Source: Candidatus Woesearchaeota archaeon
Lineage (GTDB): Archaea; Nanobdellota; Nanobdellia; Woesearchaeales; GCA-2686295
DNA length: 64,000 bases
NCBI GenBank assembly: GCA_016784125.1
Contig: JADHVI010000001.1
Span: 78,417-142,416 of the forward strand
Direction: 5' to 3'
A program made the translations under genes and the position numbers. The notes under the pieces were generated by a model. That model saw nothing but the letters and a program-made list of their open reading frames with translations, had not been told where the DNA came from and made no database searches. Positions within the stretch are counted from its first letter, which is position 1; every line of letters starts with the position of its first letter. This document shows, piece after piece, positions 37,675-47,263 of the stretch.

Positions 37675-38775
37675 ATGAAGACAGAAATATCTTCCTTGGA
37701 ATTATTGTATGTTGTTAAAGAACTACAGGATTTAGTCAATGGTAGAATTGACAAAGTTTATCAGAAAGACAGAGAATTTGTTCTAACAATGCATGTCAGA
37801 GCTAAAGGGAAAAAGATGCTCAGAATAATGCCTAATGCAATTTATACAACCGAGTACAAAGAAGATTTTGGTAGAGAGCTTATGGGGTTTTGTAAATTTT
37901 TAAGGAAGCGTTTATCTGGTGCTATGATAAAAAGTATTGTACAAAAAGGATTTGAAAGAATTGTAGAAATTCATTTTGAAACTAAAGGAGAATATTACCT
38001 AATGATTATAGAGTTGTTTGCAAATGGCAATGTAGTTATTTGTGATGATGAATATAAAGTCATAAGTGCGCTGGAGAGTCACAGATGGAAAGACAGAACT
38101 GTTAGAGGGGGTATAAAATATGAATATCCTCCAACACTTGTAAATACTTTAGAATTAAAGGAAGATGAATTCAAAGAAATCATTGTGAAGTCAGAATTAG
38201 ATTCCATTGTTAAAACACTGGCCATTAATCTCGGCCTTGGTGGATTGTACGCAGAAGAGTTATGTGTATTGGCGGGCGTTGATAAAACAAAGAAAAAACT
38301 CTCTTCAATCGAGATAACAAATTTGTACCAAGAATGGACTAAATTACTCTCTAAAAAAATATCTGCTAGAATTGTTGGGACTGAGATAATGCCTTTCAAA
38401 CTAAAACTTCTTTCAAAAGAAAAAGATAAATCTTTTGCCACATTCAATGAAGCAATTGATTCGAAATTCTCAGAAGGATTAATTGTTGCTCATGAGAAAG
38501 AAGGCGATAATCAGAAAAACAAGAAACTCAACACAATCCAAGTAATCATAAATCAACAGGAACAAACAATAGAAGGAATGGGGATAAGTTATGAAGAAAA
38601 CCAAGCCAAAGGAGAATTTATTTATGAACATTATAACGAGATAAAAATGATTCTCGCAGAGTTGGATGTTGCAAGGAAAAAGTTTTCTTGGGAAGAAATA
38701 AAAGAAAGACTTCAAAATCATAAAGTCATAAAGAAAATAGACGAAAAAAACGGTAAAATAACTATTGAACTATAA
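37675..38775 (+). CDS. rqcH: RqcH/NEMF (NFACT-N) protein, N-terminal half only
   Basis: RIDKVYQ, FCKFLRKRL, QKGFERIV, IELFANGN, YEYPP, GLGGLYAEE. Ends at 366 aa without NFACT-R. Confidence 0.8.
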   Translation: MKTEISSLELLYVVKELQDLVNGRIDKVYQKDREFVLTMHVRAKGKKMLRIMPNAIYTTEYKEDFGRELMGFCKFLRKRLSGAMIKSIVQKGFERIVEIHFETKGEYYLMIIELFANGNVVICDDEYKVISALESHRWKDRTVRGGIKYEYPPTLVNTLELKEDEFKEIIVKSELDSIVKTLAINLGLGGLYAEELCVLAGVDKTKKKLSSIEITNLYQEWTKLLSKKISARIVGTEIMPFKLKLLSKEKDKSFATFNEAIDSKFSEGLIVAHEKEGDNQKNKKLNTIQVIINQQEQTIEGMGISYEENQAKGEFIYEHYNEIKMILAELDVARKKFSWEEIKERLQNHKVIKKIDEKNGKITIEL

Positions 38776-40032
38776 TTACCATCTTAAGAATTTTTTAGCT
38801 GTGATTCTAGCTGCTTCTAAAATTTCTTCTTCTCCTTTAACTTTTCTGTTTTGCATGAGAATTTTTCCATCACAAATGGTTGTATCAACACAAGAAGCAT
38901 TTCCTGAATAAACAATATTGGAAACCAGATTATGATTTGGAACCATTTCTGGCACTTTGAGATCAATTAATAACAAATCAGCTAACTTTCCTTCTTTAAT
39001 TATTCCGCCGTCTAATCCAAAGCATTTAAATCCATTCAGCGTAGCTAATTTTAAGCATTCATCGGCAGGAAGAACCCTTGGATCATTATGACTATACTTT
39101 TGAATTAGTGCAGCAGTTTTCATGGTATTAAACATGCTCAAACTATTGTTGGAAGCCGCTCCATCAGTACCCAGACAAACATTGGATCCATACTTTTTAT
39201 AGAGTTGATAAGGGAAGATTTTGTTTATGGCCAACTTGAGATTTGAAACTGGGTTATGAACAACTTGAACATTTCTCTTTGCAAGAATCCTGACTTCTTT
39301 TTCATTAACCCACACACAATGAGCCGCAACTAATCTTCTACTAAGAAAGCCAATACTATCCAAATATTCTACCGGTCTCATCTTGTGCTTTTTTACACAA
39401 TCTTTAACCTCTTTTTCTGTTTCAGATATGTGAAAGTGAATTAAAATATCTTTTTCTTCCGTGAAATCTCGCATCCACTCTAAAAACTCTTGAGAGATTG
39501 TGTAGATGGAATGTGCACCCGAAGATATTTGCATTTTTGGATTAAAGTCCTTGTATTTTTCGTATAATTTTAAGTTCTTCTTAATCATCATCTTTCCTTG
39601 AAATCTACCAAGGAAATCTGTTAATGCCGTGTTGATACAAGCTCTCATACCCATATCTTTAACGGCCTGTGCAGAACTTCCAAAACGAAAATACATATCA
39701 TTAAAGTAAGTGGTTCCAGACTTAATCATTTCAAGACAGGCGAGCTTTGTGCCTATGTAAACTCTCTTCTCTGTAAGTCTGAGCTCATTAGGCCAAATCT
39801 TTTTCTTAAGCCATTCATTAAGCTGTAAATCATCAGCATAACCCCTAAACAAAGTCATTGCTGCATGTGTATGAGCATTTACAAAAGAAGGAATAACTGC
39901 CTTGCCAGAACCATCAATCTTAAATTCTGCTTCATGAATAATCTTATTCTTAATCTCAGAAATCTTATTATCTTGAATAAAAATGTCTTTCTTCTTATTG
40001 TTCAATAAAACGTTCTTAATTAAAATAGACAT
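38776..40032 (-). CDS. mtaD: MTA/SAH/5'-deoxyadenosine deaminase family amidohydrolase
   Basis: NAHTHAAMTLFRGYADDL, HSIYT, HISET, HNPVSNLKLA, GTDGAASNN. Confidence 0.85.
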   Translation of the reverse strand: MSILIKNVLLNNKKKDIFIQDNKISEIKNKIIHEAEFKIDGSGKAVIPSFVNAHTHAAMTLFRGYADDLQLNEWLKKKIWPNELRLTEKRVYIGTKLACLEMIKSGTTYFNDMYFRFGSSAQAVKDMGMRACINTALTDFLGRFQGKMMIKKNLKLYEKYKDFNPKMQISSGAHSIYTISQEFLEWMRDFTEEKDILIHFHISETEKEVKDCVKKHKMRPVEYLDSIGFLSRRLVAAHCVWVNEKEVRILAKRNVQVVHNPVSNLKLAINKIFPYQLYKKYGSNVCLGTDGAASNNSLSMFNTMKTAALIQKYSHNDPRVLPADECLKLATLNGFKCFGLDGGIIKEGKLADLLLIDLKVPEMVPNHNLVSNIVYSGNASCVDTTICDGKILMQNRKVKGEEEILEAARITAKKFLRW

Positions 40033-40055
40033 AATAGAACAATAAACCTTGTCAC

Positions 40056-41165
40056 TTATATTTTTTTCTCAGGAAATAACGATAAAACTCCTTCTTCACT
40101 TGCGTCACATATTCCTCTCTCTGTTATTAGTCCAGTAACAAGTCTTCTTGGTGTTACATCAAAAGCGAAATTAGCGGCGTTAGCGTTTTTAGGTGTTAAG
40201 AGAACCTCTTTTATTTCTCCTTCAAGCCATCCTCTGGCAAACTTAACTTCTTCATTTCCTCTTTGTTCAATTGGGATTTCTTTTACCCCATTTCTCATAT
40301 TCCAATCAAATGTGGAAGAAGGAAGTGCCACATAGAAGGGGATGTTATTATCTTTGGCGGCTAATGCCTTAAGGTAAGTTCCTACTTTGTTGGCTACATC
40401 ACCTGTATATGTAGTTCTGTCGGTTCCTACGATGCACATATCAACCATTGAATGCTGCATTAAATGTCCGCCAACATTATCAGCGATTACTGTGAAAGGA
40501 ACTTTGTGTTGTTCTAGTTCCCACGCAGTCAGTCTTGCACCCTGGTTTCTTGGTCTGGTTTCATCAACCCAGACGTGTACTTTAATTCCTTTATTGAAAG
40601 CTTCATAAATTGGGGCTGTAGCTGTTCCATAATCAACGAATGCCAACCATCCTGCATTGCAATGAGTTAGAATATTAACAGGTTTGCCATTCTTTTGTTT
40701 GCTAATATCTTCAATGATTTTAGAACCGTGCTCGCCAATACTCTTACAAAATTCTGCGTCTTCATCTGCAATTTCTTTTGCAGTTTTCAAAGCAGCTTCA
40801 ACTTTTTCTTTTGTAGAACCATATTTATTCATTTCTTTTATCTGTCTCTTAACAGCCCACGAAAGATTTGTGGCAGTTGGTCTTGTAGCAATTAGTTTAT
40901 CGGCTAACATTTGAAGTGTTTTATCAAAAGAATCTGATTTGTAGGCTTCCAACGCCGCAATGTACATTCCATATCCTGCAGCTGCGCCAATAAGTCCTGC
41001 GCCACGCACATGCATATCCTTTATTGCGACAATCATATCTTCTACAGTTTTCAAATCCTCAATTATGAATTCATGAGGAAGATTTCTTTGGTCAATGATT
41101 TGGACTGTTTCTTTATCACTCTCTTTTAACCAAATTGTTCTATGGTGTTTACCGTCGACTTTCAT
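40056..41165 (-). CDS. mtnA: Methylthioribose-1-phosphate isomerase
   Basis: IIDQRNLP, VRGAG, RPTA, LTHCNAGWLA, DETRPRNQGARLT, NKVGTY, FDVTP. Confidence 0.92.
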   Translation of the reverse strand: MKVDGKHHRTIWLKESDKETVQIIDQRNLPHEFIIEDLKTVEDMIVAIKDMHVRGAGLIGAAAGYGMYIAALEAYKSDSFDKTLQMLADKLIATRPTATNLSWAVKRQIKEMNKYGSTKEKVEAALKTAKEIADEDAEFCKSIGEHGSKIIEDISKQKNGKPVNILTHCNAGWLAFVDYGTATAPIYEAFNKGIKVHVWVDETRPRNQGARLTAWELEQHKVPFTVIADNVGGHLMQHSMVDMCIVGTDRTTYTGDVANKVGTYLKALAAKDNNIPFYVALPSSTFDWNMRNGVKEIPIEQRGNEEVKFARGWLEGEIKEVLLTPKNANAANFAFDVTPRRLVTGLITERGICDASEEGVLSLFPEKKI

Positions 41166-41206
41166 CTTATAAATAAGAAAAGATTGAACATATAAAAATA
41201 TTTAGA

Positions 41207-42187
41207 TTATTTTTGTTGTATTATATCTTTTATATTTTCTTTCAAAGAAATGCTTAATCTTCCACCATATTCTGTTACAACTCTCGAAGCTGTATAATTG
41301 GCTATCTTGGCGGCTTCTTCAACTTTGTAACCATTTGTTATGCCAAACAAGAATCCTGCAGCAAACATATCGCCTGCACCCGTTGTATCAACAGTTTCAA
41401 CTTTGAATCCTTTAACTTTATGAATTATGCCTTTATTGCTTATCAGTGCACCTTCCTTGCCAAGTTTTACAATAGCTATCTCGCACATTTTTGAAATTTC
41501 TTTCAATGCTTCTTCCTTCTCTTTTCCTGTAAGTATTTTGGCTTCATCTTCATTAGCGATTATGATATCTGCAAATTCTTCTAAGATTTTCAAAATGTCT
41601 TCTTTGCATCTCTTAACAAGAGAAGGATCAGAAACATCAATTGCAATTTTCTTTTCATGTTTCTTCGCTTCTTTTAAGGCTTTCAAAGCCATCTGTCTAA
41701 GGTTTGGTTCTTCAAGAATATATCCAGTAACATAAATGATCTTGCTGTTCTTTATGTCTTCAATAATGACTTCATCTTCATTCAAAGTAATTGCTGCTCC
41801 TAAATGAGTAATCATTGTCCTTTCAAAGTCTGGTGTAACAAGAGCAGTGCAAGAACCAGTAGTGACATTACCTTTAATCAAAGTTGGTTTGATGCCGTCC
41901 TGTGTCAAAGTTTCTTCAATGAACAAACCATTTTTATCATTGCCAACTTTTCCACAAAAAACAGCTTTACCGCCAAGGTTAGCAATGCCCATCATAGTAT
42001 TTACAACATCGCCTGCAGGTTTAATACCAGTTTCTTCATTTTTCAATTTGTTAAGTAGGTCTGTGGCGGTTTTTTCATCCACGAAGTTAACAGAACCTTT
42101 TGTTAAGTTTAATTCGCCAACTTTTTCTTCAGCAACTTTTATGACTGTATCCACCATAGGGTTTCCGAGTCCAAAAACATCATACAT
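41207..42187 (-). CDS. PfkB-family kinase (adenosine/nucleoside kinase-like)
   Basis: GLGNPMVD, VTPDFERTMITHLGA, ANEDEA, DTTGAGDMFAAGF. Confidence 0.88.
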   Translation of the reverse strand: MYDVFGLGNPMVDTVIKVAEEKVGELNLTKGSVNFVDEKTATDLLNKLKNEETGIKPAGDVVNTMMGIANLGGKAVFCGKVGNDKNGLFIEETLTQDGIKPTLIKGNVTTGSCTALVTPDFERTMITHLGAAITLNEDEVIIEDIKNSKIIYVTGYILEEPNLRQMALKALKEAKKHEKKIAIDVSDPSLVKRCKEDILKILEEFADIIIANEDEAKILTGKEKEEALKEISKMCEIAIVKLGKEGALISNKGIIHKVKGFKVETVDTTGAGDMFAAGFLFGITNGYKVEEAAKIANYTASRVVTEYGGRLSISLKENIKDIIQQK

Positions 42188-42259
42188 AAAGATAGGTTTT
42201 TCTAAAGGGTTTTTTAATTTTTCCCAAATTTTATAAATAAAAATGATTATTGCAAAACC

Positions 42260-43144
42260 ATGAGTATTTTTTTGCGTAGATATGAGGAATTAGGAGAAAT
42301 ATTTGCTCCTGAAGAATTTGTTTTGAAGAAGTCTTTAAGAGTTAATACTTTGAAGAATTCTGATTCTGTGCTGATTGAGAGATTAAAAAAAGAAAAAATA
42401 AAATTAGTAAAAATTCCTTTTCTTGATAATGGATATTTTTACGAATCAGATTTCTCTTTGGGTGCAACACCTGAATACTTACAAGGATACTACTATTTAC
42501 AAGAAGCTGCAAGTCAATTGCCCGCAGCAGTTTTAGATCCTAAGTCGGATGAATTGGTTCTTGATATGTCTGCTGCACCAGGCGGAAAAACAACTCAGTT
42601 AGCAGCTTATATGCAGAACAAAGGTTCAATTATGGCTCTAGACAATAATGTTCATCGTTTAGAGTCTTTACGAAATAATATTGAAAGACTTGGTGTAACA
42701 AATACATTAATTTACAAGAAAGATGCTCGTTTTGCAACTGACTTCAAGTTAGGGTTTGATAAAATACTATTGGATGCACCTTGTTCAAGTAATTTTGCAG
42801 ATGAGGAGAATTGGTTTCATATGAAATCTGTTGAAGGATTTAAAGAAAGAGCAAGATTGCAAAAAGAGTTACTTAAAGCAGCTGTCAAAAGTTTGAAGAA
42901 AGGTGGTGTGCTGGTTTATTCTACTTGTACTTTGGAACCAGAAGAAAATGAGCTTAATATTAATTGGTTGCTGAACAAATTTAATGATTTGAGTTTAGAA
43001 GAAATTAATCTTTCCATAGGTGATCCTGGTTTGACGGATGTTTTTGGAGATAAATTAAATCCTGAAATCAAGAAATGTAAACGGTTCTGGCCTCATAAAA
43101 CAGGAATACAAGGTTTCTTTATAGCAAAAATCAAGAAAAAATAG
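42260..43144 (+). CDS. NOL1/NOP2/Sun RNA m5C methyltransferase
   Basis: LRVNTLK, QEAAS, DMSAAPGGKT, LDAPCS, YSTCT, GFFIA. Confidence 0.93.
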   Translation: MSIFLRRYEELGEIFAPEEFVLKKSLRVNTLKNSDSVLIERLKKEKIKLVKIPFLDNGYFYESDFSLGATPEYLQGYYYLQEAASQLPAAVLDPKSDELVLDMSAAPGGKTTQLAAYMQNKGSIMALDNNVHRLESLRNNIERLGVTNTLIYKKDARFATDFKLGFDKILLDAPCSSNFADEENWFHMKSVEGFKERARLQKELLKAAVKSLKKGGVLVYSTCTLEPEENELNINWLLNKFNDLSLEEINLSIGDPGLTDVFGDKLNPEIKKCKRFWPHKTGIQGFFIAKIKKK

Positions 43145-43145
43145 T

Positions 43146-44048
43146 TCATTTGTTTTGGAATGCCTTTTCAATATCTTCTTTACCATAACCATTCTTTGTT
43201 AGAGATGCTCTCAACGCTTCTTCGTTGTACTGTGATTCATATGTTTTAATCCATTGAATTAGTGTTTTAACAGTGGGAGATAATGGTTCTTCAAGAACTG
43301 CACCAAGAGTTTCTTGACCTTTAACAGACTTCATCTTCTTAGGTCCTTTCTTTTTTATCACTAACAACAAAATAACAATTATTATGACTATTATTACAAT
43401 GCCAATTATAATCATCATTTGATTATCCAACGCAAAAGAACCAGAACCTGCGCTCTCAGATTCTATAAATGCAGATTCAACATCTGGTAACTCATACATA
43501 TCAATAGTTACCTTCTTGCCTTTCATGGTGCCAATAGTAGCATCCACAATCTTGGTTGGCATTTCTATAGTGTATGTAAATGCAGACAACATCATTTTGT
43601 TATTGGCGTCCGATAAGAATTCATCCGATATGTCGTCTGACTCCCCGCTTGTAGCAGATGCACTTGCAGAATTTAAACTATTTAGAACAGAATATATGCT
43701 TCTAATATCATAATTATATCCTGTGGCTGTTTCTTCAAATCCAACTAGCGCACTTGCAGGTAGTTTTCCTTTAAGGACCATCAAGTATCCGTCTCTTGTT
43801 TCGCATATTCCATCAATTATTATGGAATTAGAAAAGTCAACTCCTTGACAACTGTCTTCAAAAGGTACTTCTGACCCGCCCATTGCTTCGCCCATTCCTG
43901 CAAGTGAAGCATACATTCCTGACATGTTATAAATTACTTCGATGGAAGAAGTTCCGTCAGAATTTATTTTGTGATTAACATCTATAGTAACACATCCCGT
44001 CAAAACAAAAGCTAATATCAGAATAACGAGTAATGGTTTTGTAGTCAT
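43146..44048 (-). CDS. Putative lipoprotein with a C-terminal TM helix and cytoplasmic helical tail
   Basis: Lipobox LTGC; Ile-rich TM; tail LRASLTKNGYGKEDIEKAF. Confidence 0.7.
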   Translation of the reverse strand: MTTKPLLVILILAFVLTGCVTIDVNHKINSDGTSSIEVIYNMSGMYASLAGMGEAMGGSEVPFEDSCQGVDFSNSIIIDGICETRDGYLMVLKGKLPASALVGFEETATGYNYDIRSIYSVLNSLNSASASATSGESDDISDEFLSDANNKMMLSAFTYTIEMPTKIVDATIGTMKGKKVTIDMYELPDVESAFIESESAGSGSFALDNQMMIIIGIVIIVIIIVILLLVIKKKGPKKMKSVKGQETLGAVLEEPLSPTVKTLIQWIKTYESQYNEEALRASLTKNGYGKEDIEKAFQNK

Positions 44049-44123
44049 AATAATCTATTCTGAGAATAGGCATATTTATAGTTTTATAATTACTCCTGAA
44101 TGAATAACATCTTGAGAAAAAAA

Positions 44124-44239
44124 GGCGGACAGCTTTCTAAGGTTCCCGCACAAAGTGCAGTACAACTTAAAACGTGGGCGCGCTTGACTTCCGAGTTCGA
44201 AATGGGATCGGGTATAACCACGCCGCTTTGGCCGTCCAA
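44124..44239 (-). rRNA. rrf: 5S rRNA (stand-alone)
   Basis: Reverse complement: TTGGACGGCCAAAGCGGCGTGGTTATACCCGATCCCATTTCGAACTCGGAAGTCAAGCGCGCC...GTACTG..GGGAAC..GCTGTCC. Has the universal 5S motifs and paired ends; TTTATAAA upstream, T-run downstream. Confidence 0.95.
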
Positions 44240-44323
44240 GACTGAAAAACCGCACTTTATTTATAAAGCTTTCCCATTTTTTAGATAAGTTTTTTAAATG
44301 GGTTGTTATTCTCCAGTGGCTAT

Positions 44324-45625
44324 ATGAAGATAGCTATTTTTGGAACAGGATATGTAGGACTGGTGACTGGAACATGTTTTGCTGATTTAGGAAACCAAGT
44401 CACTTGTGTCGATATTGACGCTGAAAAGATTAAAGCTTTGCGAAAAGGCAAAATTCCATTCTATGAACCTGGTTTGAAAGAACTTGTTCTTAGAAACAGC
44501 AAGGAGAAGCGATTAGTATTTACTACTGATGGTAAACCAGCCATAGAAAAATCAGAAGTTATATTCATCTGTGTTGGAACGCCTTCTAAAGCAAGTGGTG
44601 AAGCAAACTTGGATTATGTATTTGCTGTAGCCAAAGAAATTTCAAAGCATATGAATGATTATAAAATAATAGTAGATAAAAGTACTGTGCCGGTTGGTAC
44701 TGCTGAAAAAGTTGAGAGAATAATAAAAATAAATCATACACAGGAAATTCCTTTTGATGTTGTTTCAAATCCTGAATTCTTAAGAGAGGGCGCAGCTGTT
44801 AAAGATTTTCAAAATCCTGATAGAGTTGTTATTGGTGCTGATTCTGAAAGAGCTAAACTAATAATGTCAAACCTTTACAAACCTGTTTCTAGAGTGAGTA
44901 ATCCGATTATGATAACTCAAACAAAAACAGCCGAATTAATTAAGTATGCTTCTAATGCTATGTTGGCAACAAGGATTAGTTTTATGAACGAACTGTCACA
45001 TTTATGTGAAACAACTGGTGCTGATATCAAAGAAGTTTCCAAAGGAATGGGATTAGACAATCGAATTGGTTCTAGATTTCTTCAAGCAGGAGCAGGATAT
45101 GGTGGCTCATGTTTTCCAAAAGATGTTAAGGCTCTTGCTCAAATGCTGGAACAGCACGGTCATCAATCAACAATTATGCGTGCGGTTGATTATGTTAATG
45201 AAAGACAGAAGAAAACTATTGTTCCTAAATTAAAAAAATTCTTTTCAAGTCTTGAAGGAAAAAGGATTGCTATATGGGGTTTATCTTTTAAACCAAGAAC
45301 TAGTGATATTCGAGAAGCTCCTTCTCTAGTAATTATTGATCAACTTAAAAATGAATATGCTGAGATTACTGCTTTTGATCCTGAGGCGATGCCTGAAGTC
45401 AAGCACATGATTAAAGGTGGTGTTAAACTTGTTTCTGATGCATATGACGCTTTGAAAGGTGCCGATGCATTGATAGTTGTAACTGAATGGGACCAGTTTA
45501 GAGAACCCGATTTTGAATTGATGAAAAAACTTATGAGAAAAAAAGTACTTATTGATTGTCGAAATATTTATGATCCTGAAAAAGTTCGTGCTTATGGATT
45601 TGAATACGCTGGAGTTGGGAGATGA
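44324..45625 (+). CDS. ugd: UDP-glucose 6-dehydrogenase
   Basis: GTGYVGL, KSTVPVGT, SNPEFLREG, GYGGSCFPKD, GLSFKP. Confidence 0.95.
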   Translation: MKIAIFGTGYVGLVTGTCFADLGNQVTCVDIDAEKIKALRKGKIPFYEPGLKELVLRNSKEKRLVFTTDGKPAIEKSEVIFICVGTPSKASGEANLDYVFAVAKEISKHMNDYKIIVDKSTVPVGTAEKVERIIKINHTQEIPFDVVSNPEFLREGAAVKDFQNPDRVVIGADSERAKLIMSNLYKPVSRVSNPIMITQTKTAELIKYASNAMLATRISFMNELSHLCETTGADIKEVSKGMGLDNRIGSRFLQAGAGYGGSCFPKDVKALAQMLEQHGHQSTIMRAVDYVNERQKKTIVPKLKKFFSSLEGKRIAIWGLSFKPRTSDIREAPSLVIIDQLKNEYAEITAFDPEAMPEVKHMIKGGVKLVSDAYDALKGADALIVVTEWDQFREPDFELMKKLMRKKVLIDCRNIYDPEKVRAYGFEYAGVGR

Positions 45626-46566
45626 AAACAGTTTTAGTGGCTGGCGGAGCAGGGTTTATTGGCAGTCATTTATGTGATGTGCTTATAGAACAAGGGCATA
45701 AAGTTTTCTGTGTAGATAATTTTGCTACAGGACACACTAATCATATAGTTCATCTTATGAAGAATAAACATTTTAAACTTATTAAGCATGATGTAACAAA
45801 ACCTTTTGAGATTAAAGGTCAACTTGATGAAATTTATCATTTAGCTTCTAGAGCAAGTCCTATTGATTATCAGAAATTTCCTACTTCAACAGCTTTGGCT
45901 AATTCCATCGGAACTTATAATCTTGTTAAATTGGCTTTGAAAAAGAATGCAACGCTTCTCTTTGCTTCCACTAGTGAAGCTTATGGTGAGCCCAGAGAAC
46001 ACCCTCAAAAAGAAAGTTATTGGGGAAATGTTAATCCTGTTGGAATAAGAAGTTGCTATGATGAAAGTAAAAGATTTGGAGAAGCTCTGTTAATGGCTTA
46101 TCATAGAGAGATGCATGCAGATATCAAAATTGTCAGAATATTCAATACTTATGGTCCTAGATTACGGCCTGGTGATGGGCGAGTAATATCAAATTTTATC
46201 AGACAAGCCTTATTAGGCGAACCAATAACTATTTATGGTGATGGTAAACAAACTAGGAGTTTTTGTTATGTTAGTGATATGGTTCGAGGCTTAATGATGA
46301 TGATGGAATCTGATTATATTGGTCCAAAGAATCTTGGCAATCCAAAAGAGTTCACAATACTTCAACTAGCTAATTTGATAAAAAATATTACTGGTTCAAA
46401 ATCAGAGCTTGTTTTCAAGAAGCTTCCTGAGGATGATCCTACAAAGAGGCAACCAGATATTTCAAGTGCTCGTGATCTTCTTGGTTGGAAACCAGATATT
46501 GAATTAGAGGAGGGTTTGAAAAGTACCATTGAATGGTTCAAAATACTTCCTTTAATTAATTATTAA
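45622..46566 (+). CDS. uxs: UDP-glucuronate decarboxylase (UDP-xylose synthase)
   Basis: GGAGFIGSHL, ASTSEAYG, YWGNVNPVGIRSCYDESKR, DGRVISNF, DDPTKRQPDI. Confidence 0.9.
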   Translation: MKTVLVAGGAGFIGSHLCDVLIEQGHKVFCVDNFATGHTNHIVHLMKNKHFKLIKHDVTKPFEIKGQLDEIYHLASRASPIDYQKFPTSTALANSIGTYNLVKLALKKNATLLFASTSEAYGEPREHPQKESYWGNVNPVGIRSCYDESKRFGEALLMAYHREMHADIKIVRIFNTYGPRLRPGDGRVISNFIRQALLGEPITIYGDGKQTRSFCYVSDMVRGLMMMMESDYIGPKNLGNPKEFTILQLANLIKNITGSKSELVFKKLPEDDPTKRQPDISSARDLLGWKPDIELEEGLKSTIEWFKILPLINY

Positions 46567-46577
46567 TTAGTCTATTT

Positions 46578-47183
46578 TTATTTGACAACTTTCAAAAGAT
46601 ATTGTATCTCTGCCGAAGGCAGCATATAACAGAAAAATCTTTCATATATTCTTTGGAAGTTTTTTTTATTAATAATCCAGTTGAAGAATTTGCATTTTTC
46701 AGCCTTCATAAATTGCCTAGAAACTCTGATCATAAATTTGGCTTTGAGTTGTTTAAAGTTTACATCGCAGTAGATGCTCCCTTTATAGAAATGATTTGTA
46801 AATGTTTCCAGATTAAATCCTTCATATCTGTGAGATAATCTTTTGAATGGGTTGCTGTGGTGTGGAACCATAATCTTAACTAAAGCGTCATTTTTACAGA
46901 TTCGATGAATCTCTTTCATGGCTTGTTCAACATCTAAATGTTCTATGATATGACTAGCGTAGATTTCTGAAAATGTGTTATCGGGAAATGGCCAGGGATA
47001 TTTATCAAGATTATGTAATATATCAACTTTAGGAAAATTTACTAAGTCAAGATTCACGTAATTGTCAAACCCTCTTTTTCCAGATCCAATCACCAGTTTT
47101 GAAAGGTCTATTTTTCTTCCACAGTCGGCACAAGCAAATGTTTTTTCTTTTCCAAACTTGATTTTATGTTCGTGAAACTTCAT
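46578..47183 (-). CDS. Class I SAM methyltransferase (type 11-like)
   Basis: IGSGKR..VNLD, WPFPDNTF..ASHIIEHL, EIHRICK. Confidence 0.8.
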   Translation of the reverse strand: MKFHEHKIKFGKEKTFACADCGRKIDLSKLVIGSGKRGFDNYVNLDLVNFPKVDILHNLDKYPWPFPDNTFSEIYASHIIEHLDVEQAMKEIHRICKNDALVKIMVPHHSNPFKRLSHRYEGFNLETFTNHFYKGSIYCDVNFKQLKAKFMIRVSRQFMKAEKCKFFNWIINKKNFQRIYERFFCYMLPSAEIQYLLKVVK

Positions 47184-47263
47184 GTGTTATTGGTGTTGAG
47201 CCATTCTTTTAAATCTTTCTTAAATTCAATAGATTAATAAATTATGGTCTCCTATCAGTAAAA

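Noticed and set aside
40056..41165. Ribose-1,5-bisphosphate isomerase of the AMP/RuBisCO pathway
   Set aside because: The IDQR.LP N-terminus and HCNAGWLA match MtnA; no RuBisCO or AMP phosphorylase is in the window.
44100..44288. 62-aa plus-strand ORF
   Set aside because: It is the antisense of the 5S rRNA gene.
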